Positions 54,461-64,000 of a stretch of 64,000 bases of DNA are shown piece after piece. The notes under the pieces were generated by a model. The model was given only the letters and a program-made list of their open reading frames with translations. It was not told the DNA's origin and searched no databases. The stretch comes from the human T2T-CHM13v2.0 reference genome, Homo sapiens, in the NCBI RefSeq assembly GCF_009914755.1, contig NC_060934.1; one strand, 5' to 3'. Both the position numbers and the translations under genes were made by a program. Within the stretch, counting starts at the first letter, position 1. Every line of letters begins with the position of its first letter.

Positions 54461-56761
54461 GTGCTGAGAATACAGATAGAACTCATGATTCCTAAATTTT
54501 TGTAAAATTGGGATTTTGAATTTTTATGAAAATGAAACCATTGAAAAAGGCAAAGCACCTTAGACTTGGTGTCAGAGACTTGAGTTTTATTTAGTTTATT
54601 TAGTTTGGTTTGATCTGAGGGTTGGGTGGGCAGCTGTGTCAGTGGCAGATCGGCACTGTGGCTCCAGGCTGAGGGTTTGGCACCTGTCCTCTTCACCTGT
54701 TGCTTCTTTGACCCCTGCTACCTGGGGCATAGCTTTCTCATAGCAAGAGTCAAGAATACAAGGGGCCGATCCAAGTGTACTGTGCTGGTAAGGCATCCGC
54801 TCAGGTCCCATTCACTAACATTCCATTGAGCAAGGCAAGTCACATGGCCAAGGCCAACCTAACTGGAGAAGAAGAGTCTGCTGGCAGGGTAGGGGCTGCA
54901 GAGTAACCTGGCAGGGGTGGAGAGGCGCAGAATCCCATCACAGACGGCGAAGGAGCAGAATCAGTGGTCCAATCTATCTCCATCACACTCCAAAATGGAA
55001 GTGGTTTTCCTCTGACTTCAGAAACCCAATACTATTTCACAGTGAAGATGGCCATTTTTTGTTGCTCCAATTTATTTGATTTCTTGGACGATCTTTTCCA
55101 TAACCAGCCCTTAATTTTCATATGACAGCGTTCGTTTTGCTATTTGGGTAAACAAATCACGGCCTCCTGGAGAAGCCACTGCTTCTCTGTTTGTTCTATT
55201 TCTGTCTGTGAAAGTGGCTCACAGAATCTGAACTCCCTGACTTACGTGTGCTCCGCCTGCATCCTTCCTGCCTACTGGAGTCACACTTTTAAATTCTTGC
55301 CAATAGCTATTTTGTGATTTTCACAGTACATCAACTTCATCACAGTGAGTAGCCTGACCCCAGTGTCTAGCTCTCGTTAATTTCCTAATACCATCTTGGT
55401 CATTAGTTGGAAACAAATCTAGACATTAAGCATTCCTGAAAATGCCTCTGACATGTAATCATTTACCATATTCGTCATTTCCACCTTCATTATGCTCTGT
55501 GTCGGGAAAGTTCCCCAATTAACATTGGGGAGATTGAAATCAGACATATTCTCATCACAGCTGAGCTTTCCTATCAGGGCTCTCCTGTTTCAAAGTAACT
55601 GCATGGGCAGACATGCAGATGGCAGAATTTTTATTAGATGGTATGGCCCAATTTTCCTGGCTCACAGAAAGTAAAAGAGGTAGCAACTCAGGAAGAACAT
55701 AAAATGCTAATTCTTCTACTCAATTTCTCATCAATGGCAAACATTGGCGAACATCCAGGTGCCACTTTATGTGTCGGCACTTAGAGCTTCACCTGTTAAT
55801 TCTGGGCTTCAAAACAACATTTTGGGACATGTTGTCTTGGTTTATTGTGAAATGAATAGCTTTCCAGAGAGAGACCTTTCCCTTTGCCAGGATGCAAACA
55901 TTGCTTGTCGGGGGATACACACCTGTGTGCTCCCGAATTCAGCAGCAGGAGAATGCAGTGTAGAGGCCAAGACAGGGCGTGGACTCTGCAGATATTAAGC
56001 AGTAAGCTGAGCTCTGTGATATCAAGTGACCAAGCCAGAAATACCTTGCTTGGAGTGATGGGTTCTGGTGGAACATCCTTGATCATGTGGTGACACTGCA
56101 GAGTGTCAGTTGATGCAGTGCTGAATGAGGACCCAAGCAGACACAGTGTCTTTGCAAGATGCTTCTTGTATGAGTGTCAGAGTAGAAGAAAGACAGTTGG
56201 TGATGATCAGGTCTGCAACTCTTGATCTCAGGCAGTCGAAACGATAGAAACATTAAGTTTGTGCCAGGAAGGCCTTTACATACTGGGCTCCTCTGTGAGC
56301 CAGGCAAGCCCCCTGCTTGCTCAAAGCAGAGATGCCTCTCTAGGGCAGATTGCCCAGCAATAGGACAATCGATATTCTTCAGTCCCCATCCAAACTCACT
56401 CTCCTGGCACAACCTCTGTGCTGTAGCTGGGCAAATGCCTGGCTTGAAAACACTCATTCAAAGATGAGAAGCACCAAAAAGGAATCTGTATGGGTCTCAG
56501 AAGTAAAACTGCAAAACAAAAGGATAAAAAGAACATTTGATAAAAATCAGATGTAGGACCAAATTTATCAAATTGATAAAAATCAAATGTAGGACCAAAA
56601 TACACAAATGAAAGAGTTATGCCCTGAAACAGCACATACTAGTAAACAGGCACTTCTCTGTGATAGCAAAAAAATAAAAGACAGTGTGGTCACATGGAAA
56701 CAGGCACACATAAGTGAGCTATAAAAACTCAAAAGGAGGAATGAATGTATTGGAAATATAG

Positions 56762-57087
<326 letters not shown>

Positions 57088-57346
57088 GAAAACTAATCAA
57101 TTAACTTTAAGAGATGATTCTTTGCAGTGGGGGAGAGAAAGCCTAGCTAGCATAGTTAAGAAAAAAGGACAAAGCATAAATATAAAAAATCAGAAATGGG
57201 AGTGAAAAATTAAAAGCAAGTACAATGTGATAAAAATAATTGTTATGGAAGTATACTTCATCAACACTATGCATAAATCTTAAATACCTGGATGGAATGG
57301 ATTTCCAATTGGAAAGCATAAAATTACCAACATTAGCCCTAGAAGA

Positions 57347-58077
57347 CTGTGGTCGCATATCTAAAACACTCCCCAACCCCTACCAAAGATACTCCACTCT
57401 AATCCCTGGAATTTGTAAATATGATGAAATATTTGTAAATATGATGTAAATATTTGTAAATATGAAATATTATTCCCATCATGATGCTCTCTTGTATGGC
57501 ACAGTTGATCTTAAATTATGATGAAATATTTGTAAATATGATGTAAATATTTGTAAATATGAAATATTATTCCCATCATGATGTCCTCTTGCATGGCACA
57601 GTTGACCTTAAAATACAGAGCTTTTGGGTCATCTAATCACATTAACCCTTAAAAGCAGAGCACCTTCTCCAGCTGGTGGTAGAAGAAAGTCAGATCTGAA
57701 GTGCAAGAACTCAGTGCACCATTATGGGTGTGGAGATGGAAGGAGCCACACAAGAAGGGATGCAGGTGGCCTCTAGGAGCACAGAGTAGAGAGCCCTGAC
57801 AGGCAGCAAGGACATGGGGCTGTCAGTCCTACAGCCACAAGGGACTGAGCTCTGCCAACAACCTGAGTGAGGTTTTAAGCAGATTATTTCCCAGAGCCTT
57901 CAGGTAAGTGCCCAGCTGGCTGACACCTGGATTTCTGCTTGGCATAACCCTAAGAAGACGACCCAGTTGAGTCTACCTGAAATGTGGTCTACAGAACTGT
58001 GTGATTGTAAATGGGCTCTGTTTTAAGCTATGAAAGTGTGATAATTTGTTACAGCAGCAATAGAAAACAAAGATACA
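57347..58077 (+). mobile_element. MLT1D/E MaLR LTR with internal tandem duplications
   Basis: 'ctctaatccctggaatttgtaaatatg', 'gtcctacagccacaagggactgagctctgccaacaacctgagtgag', 'taatttgttacagcagcaatagaaaac'. Confidence 0.8.
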
Positions 58078-58786
58078 GAACATCAAAGTCGATAAGTTTC
58101 CAGGAAAGAAACAGAATTATCAAGAAGTCTCAGAGGCAAATTTTGTCAAAACTTCAAAATACACATAATCAAACTTCTTTATCAAAGCCAGAGTAACATG
58201 GAAAACAAAACTTGTCAAACACAGCAAAACAAAACAATACAGATGACTAGGGCAATTTCACTTAAAAATATTGATACAGTAATTCAAAATTAAATATTAG
58301 CAACAGATTCCAGCAACTTATTATACAAATGAAATCTACTACTATAAAATGTGTTTTTCCCAAGGATGTATGGATAACATGACATATCAAAGATATGACA
58401 GAAGACTAGGGCAATTTCACTTATAAATATTGATACAGTAATTTGAAATTAAATATTAGCAATAGATTCCAGTAACTTGTTACAAAAACTGAAATCTACT
58501 ACTATCAAGTGTGTTTTTTCCCCAAGAATTTATGGATAACATGACATAGCAAATCCACTCATATAATGCAAGATATTAATTAATCAAAGAAGGATCAAAT
58601 GACCTTCTCCATGGATGGCAAAGTACATACACGAAAAAGTTCATATCCAATTTTTACAATACAAATACTTCTTAATAAACTAAGACATCATGGAAATCTT
58701 TCTACATTGTACAACCAAAAGCTAGCATCCGGCGAGTGGGGAAAATACAAGAAGCAATCCAGTTAAGTTATGATAAAGATGCCCCC

Positions 58787-59172
58787 TGCATTAGTTTGCT
58801 GGGGCTGCCATAACATAGTGCCACAGACCGAGTAGCTTAAACAGCAGAAATCTGTTTTCTTGCAGTTCTGGAGGCTGAAAGTCCAAGTTCAAGGTGCTAG
58901 CAGCTTTGTTTTCTTCTGAGGCCACTTCCCTTGATTTACAGATGGCTGCTTTCTTGCCATGTCCTCACACAGTCATACCTCAGTCTGTGTTGTCTGCCTC
59001 TCAATCTCCTCTTCTTATAAAGGCATCCACCATATTGGATTACGGCCCGTCCATATGACCTCATTGTACCTTAATTACTTCTTTAAAGACATTGGCTCTA
59101 AATCCAGTCCCATTCTGAGCTACGGGGGGTTAGGACTTCAACAAATGAATTTGGAGGGACACAGTTCAGCCT
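58787..59172 (-). mobile_element. MLT1A/B MaLR LTR
   Basis: 'ttagtttgctggggctgccataaca...ttctggaggctgaaagtccaag...ggttaggacttcaaca...ggacacagttcagcc'. Confidence 0.8.
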
Positions 59173-59199
59173 GTTTACTCACTATTATTGCCATGATAT

Positions 59200-59680
59200 T
59201 ACGTTCCTCTGGAAAGTAGTAGATGGTAATCTGGCCACATTATTAAAAGTCAGAATGCATGTAACCTTTGAATTTGACATTCCAATGCTATATTATTATT
59301 TTAAAGATAAAATGGCACATGTGCACAGACTGCTATGTTCCCTGCAGCTTTGTTTGACTAGTAATTGGCTGGACCAAAGGTCTCTCATTTGCTGAATGGA
59401 TAGACAAAATGTGGGTTATCCATACAATAAACTATTAACCAACCATAAAAAGGAATGAAGTGCTGGTACATGCCACAACATGGATGACCCTTAAAAACAT
59501 CCTAAGGGGAAGAAACCAGTCACAAAAGGCCATATATTGTCTGATTCCATTTATATAAAGTTTTTAGGATAGGCAAATCTAGAAATACAGAAAGTAGGTT
59601 AACAATTGCTTAGGGATGGGAAGGGGAAGTCAAGGGAGCAGGGGGACTGAGTACTAATTGCATATGAGGATACTTGGGAG
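59200..59680 (+). mobile_element. L1ME/MB 3' region
   Basis: 'gaatggatagacaaaatgtgg', 'cacaacatggatgacccttaaaaacat...gaaaccagtcacaaaaggcc'. Confidence 0.7.
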
Positions 59681-61829
59681 GGGCTGCTTTATACTCAGAG
59701 GTACATCCCCTGAGCCCTCCCTCATGGGTTTCAGTTAACGGCAACTTTAGAGACAGAACCACCGGCAAACCTTGGAAGGCTGAGCTCCTCTCCCTACCTG
59801 CTCCCATCACCTGCCTGACAGATGTACCAAGAAACACTCCCAGAGAAGATGGCAGTGGGGACAGGGTCTGTTGCTACCTTGTGGTTCCCGTACTAACAAC
59901 ATGAGAACTCATTGTTCACACGGGAATCTCAACATGAAAAACTTGTAATTGATTTCATTCACCTATCATTATCTCCAACAAATCAAGCACCTACAAAGGG
60001 AGAATGACAATTGGGAGGAAAAAGAGGTAGGATGCTTTCCTAGATGGCTGAAGTTTCTAGAGCTTGCCATATACTTCTGTCCCAAATCTACTCGGAAAAT
60101 AAAAAAGTCTGAAGAAACCACAGGAAACAACTTCTCTGGTCCACTAGACTCAGATTTTAAGCAATTCCTTTTCTGAGACATCAAATGTCAACCTCAATAC
60201 AATATTCAAAAATTATTTTTTCTTTGAATAGTTCTCCTGGAATGTCCTGTCAATCAGCTGGAGTTGGCAGGAGTGATGAAACCTATTTGTCACCTGAACT
60301 GTGATCATCTGGGGATACTGACCATTCTCCAGAGACTCTGTGGCTTTCAGTCTCCTGTAAAAAGATCAGAACGAGGAAGCTATATTTATGGAACATTCAC
60401 CTGGAGCCTGATGCTGTGCTACACACATTACATGCACAGCCTTGTGGAATCCTCACAGCACCTTATGAGGAAGACATCCTGACACTTTTATTATATCCAT
60501 TTTGCAAATGAGGGCACTGACCTTTAAAGTGATCAGTCACTTTCTTAAGACTACAGAGTAAATGGCTAGACCAGGATTTTAACCTTTTTCTGTCTGCCAT
60601 ACCCAAGCACACTATAAACCTCACACCTGTATCTCCCTTGGAGGGTGAACTCATGTGTTAACTTACGGAGACTCCTAGCACAGGGCCCAATGCTTCTGCC
60701 TCAGTACACATTCAGAAGCAGGAATGCTGAGTGAAGGCAACCCTCTGCTATAGCCTGTAATAAGGGCTGGCATACAGGACACATATTTGTTGAATGAATA
60801 AATGAATGAATGATTATCTTTTGGGCCATTAACTCAGTCTTAGATAGCTGAGATTCATTAAAATCCAAAATTTGGGAGAGAGCAGTGAACTGGACTGCTT
60901 TTAACACCTGGTCACGTAAGCTTGTTCTTAAAAAGGACTTGGGCATCTCATGAATGACAGCAATGGCCTTGCTGTAATCTTGTAACCCCTTTGCAAATAC
61001 CACAAGTTTTTCCAATGTTATATTGCAAGGGAAGATCAGATTTGATATTTAAAACCTTGTTACAGATTCTCATTTACTAAAACACTTTCTGTAAAGTAAA
61101 ATTTTCCTTCTCTTTTTCCTTGCGATCTTGGCTCTTTAGAAGATGACTTGAAAGGATGGACGTAAGTCAACCCTTCGTGCAGCTGGAGCATTTGCAAAAG
61201 GAGTGTTGATGAGAGCATTTCCTCCATAACTCTCAGGAGAGCAGAGGTAGACGGCGCCCACACAGTAATCACGCACTTCCGCCTTTGGATGTGCAGATTA
61301 GATGACAGGAAGCGGCGTTCTTTGGAATTCAGTGAGGTGGATGCTTTAAGCTCATCATGGCTAGAAAAGTGACTCCACACTGCTCAGAACTAGAGATATA
61401 TGGAAGCATCAAACAATATGCATTTTCAAGAAATTAAAAATGTTTTATGTGTTTATTTATTCTGAAAATCCCCCAAATGAAAAAAAAATAAGAATATTTC
61501 CAATGTTCTTTGATCACTAATTCTCCATCAGGCTCCTATGAGGAAAAGGTCATATCTGATTTACTGATGTTTTCTGGCAAGGACCTGCAAGGTGTCTGCA
61601 CAGTGTAGGTACTCAGGTGTTCAATAAAGCCACATTAAATAAGGAAAGATTCTTGGAAGAAAATGAGATATAAAATGACTTAGCATGGACTCAGTTAGCC
61701 CACTCAATTTCATCTACATTGTTTGGTTTTCAAAGGAGAAACCTAGATCTGAGCTCATTTTTTTTCTTGATAAACAATCCCTCCACAAATAGCAAAACAG
61801 GCCCTGCTGGCATCTAGATAATCATTTAT

Positions 61830-62260
61830 AGCTGTGGTGCTTATTAAAAAGACTCAGATTTCTGGTCTTTGTTCCTAGAGATTCTGATTCAGTAGACCTA
61901 GGCTTGTGTAGAAATCTCTACTTTTAAATACCTTTTGGGATGATTCTTAGCAGAACTGTATTTGGGGAGCACAAATTTATAATTATTCAAAACCAGCAGC
62001 AGGGTCAGCAATACTTTTAAAGAGGATTAAATCACGGCAAGGTAAAAGTTAGATCACCTTAGAGCTGAGCCAAGCAGTCAAAGCATCTCGGTCTTGAGTG
62101 CACATTACAACCACCTGCAGCAGCTTTTTAAAAACAGCGCTTTGCCCTCTTTCCAAACCACTTAAGTCAGAATCCCTGTGGTGAAGCCAAGGCATTCCTC
62201 ATCATTTAGAGCTTTCTTAGAAGATTCTAGAACAGCCAGAATTGAGAAAAACTGAGTTAA
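61830..62260. mobile_element. MER5A/B fragments
   Basis: 'ctagagattctgattcagtagacctagg' and 'cacttaagtcagaatccctgtggtgaagcc...gattcta...cagaattgagaaaaactg'. Confidence 0.6.
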
Positions 62261-63347
62261 ATAAAACCCTGTTCAAATGCATGTCGATTTGGTTGCCTTT
62301 TGCTGACTTTTGAGGTCATCCCAGAAAAAAGTCTTGCTTGTCGATTTCCTTAATCATATTCAATACCTTACAAAGTACACAGTGTGCACTCTGAATTAGG
62401 TAGGGCTGATCTTGCCAACTACATTTTACAGATAAAGAAAGTGGTGTTCAGAAAAGTAAAAGCATTTGCACAAATTAGCCCGGCTGCAAGTGATGGAACA
62501 AACATGCAGGTTTTCGGAACAGCCCAAGCCCAGTGGTCTTGCTATTGCACCACGTGGCCTGCAAACTCTTAAAGGTTTACTGCTGAGTTGAGCTTGCCCA
62601 CGTTAGAAGTTGTTTGATAATTGCTTTTTATGTGAGTCTCTAAGCTTGACTGAGTAGGGGGTAGATGTCCAGGGTGTGGGTGAGGAACTACACAATCACA
62701 TACGCTCATAAAAGACAGGCAGCCGAGGATGGACTGGCTTCCTGTGATGCTCATCATTTGCATCTTATTAAAAGATGCTAGGAAAAGAGAAAAAAAACCT
62801 TCAAAGACAAGCAGTTAAGTGAATCAAAAACTTGCAAGGAAAGGGATAAATGACTCAGGGAAAGAGAGAGCGAAAACAAGATAACATAATATATATATTT
62901 AGGATCAGGCTTCCTAATTTACTGCAATCTGTGATTCTCTGAATCTGACTACATTGGGTATAATTATTTCTGTCTAAATAATTTTGCAGACTTGCAGCAT
63001 AATAACTCAGGATTACAAATAAGAATCAACTCCACTGTGCTCACAACACAGCAATAATTATGTTCTTGAGTTGGTACAGCTCCTTACAGCTTAGTGCAAA
63101 GTAATTATGTTTTTTCTTGGTGCAAAGCATATTAACCTGTGAAAATTACAAGCCGTGAAGTGTAAGAGAAGTCTGTGTTTCGAATGGGAAAAATGCCTAC
63201 AGAAGAATTAGCTGGCACTGGAAGGACTTCCTGGTGGAAATTTCTGGTCACTGGTAAGGTCATCAGCTTCCCACACAGACAGACAGAACTTTCAGTGAAT
63301 GAGATATAAAAGCAGCTACATTCTGCCCAGTTAAGATAGAAATGTGT

Positions 63348-63750
<403 letters not shown>

Positions 63751-64000
63751 AATAGAAATGTGCATTTGATTGTGGAAAGAGCACGGGAGTTCTTGAAATC
63801 TATCTAGGTGGATACCTGTGGTTTAAGCAATTCCTTTTCAAAAAAAGCTGTATATTCCATTCCATGAATATACCACGACTTCTTTATCAATGACTGGCTG
63901 CCTCTGGGGAGTGGTGAGGATTGGCATGGTGAGCTATGGAAAGTGATTGAAGAGGGATCCCCGGCAGGTTTCTACTATATTTGTGATGCTTTACTTCTTA

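Overview
Primate, almost certainly human, genomic DNA. Positions 1-~7495 are the 3' end of DOCK1 (DOCK180) on the + strand: the penultimate coding exon (2374-2525), the last intron, the terminal coding exon (6309-6404), a ~1.1 kb 3' UTR and the AATAAA at 7472. The remaining ~56 kb is intergenic, with no other recognisable coding gene or structural RNA. It is dense in transposon relics: Alus (one young AluYa-type), L1s, L2/MIR, MaLR/ERVL LTRs, a solo LTR12 (ERV9), Charlie1, MER44, MER58 and MER5. Nearly all ORFs in the track are repeat-derived or spurious. I found no new multi-gene biological system. The best leads are a frameshifting alternative acceptor for the DOCK1 last exon, a DOCK1-facing LTR12 promoter with a 138-bp duplication, an orphan retroposed mRNA 3' end, an L1 3' transduction, a three-armed Alu, an LTR element with mismatched LTRs and several local duplications. 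Repeat subfamily names come from recalled consensus sequences, and boundaries are approximate unless a target-site duplication (TSD) is quoted.
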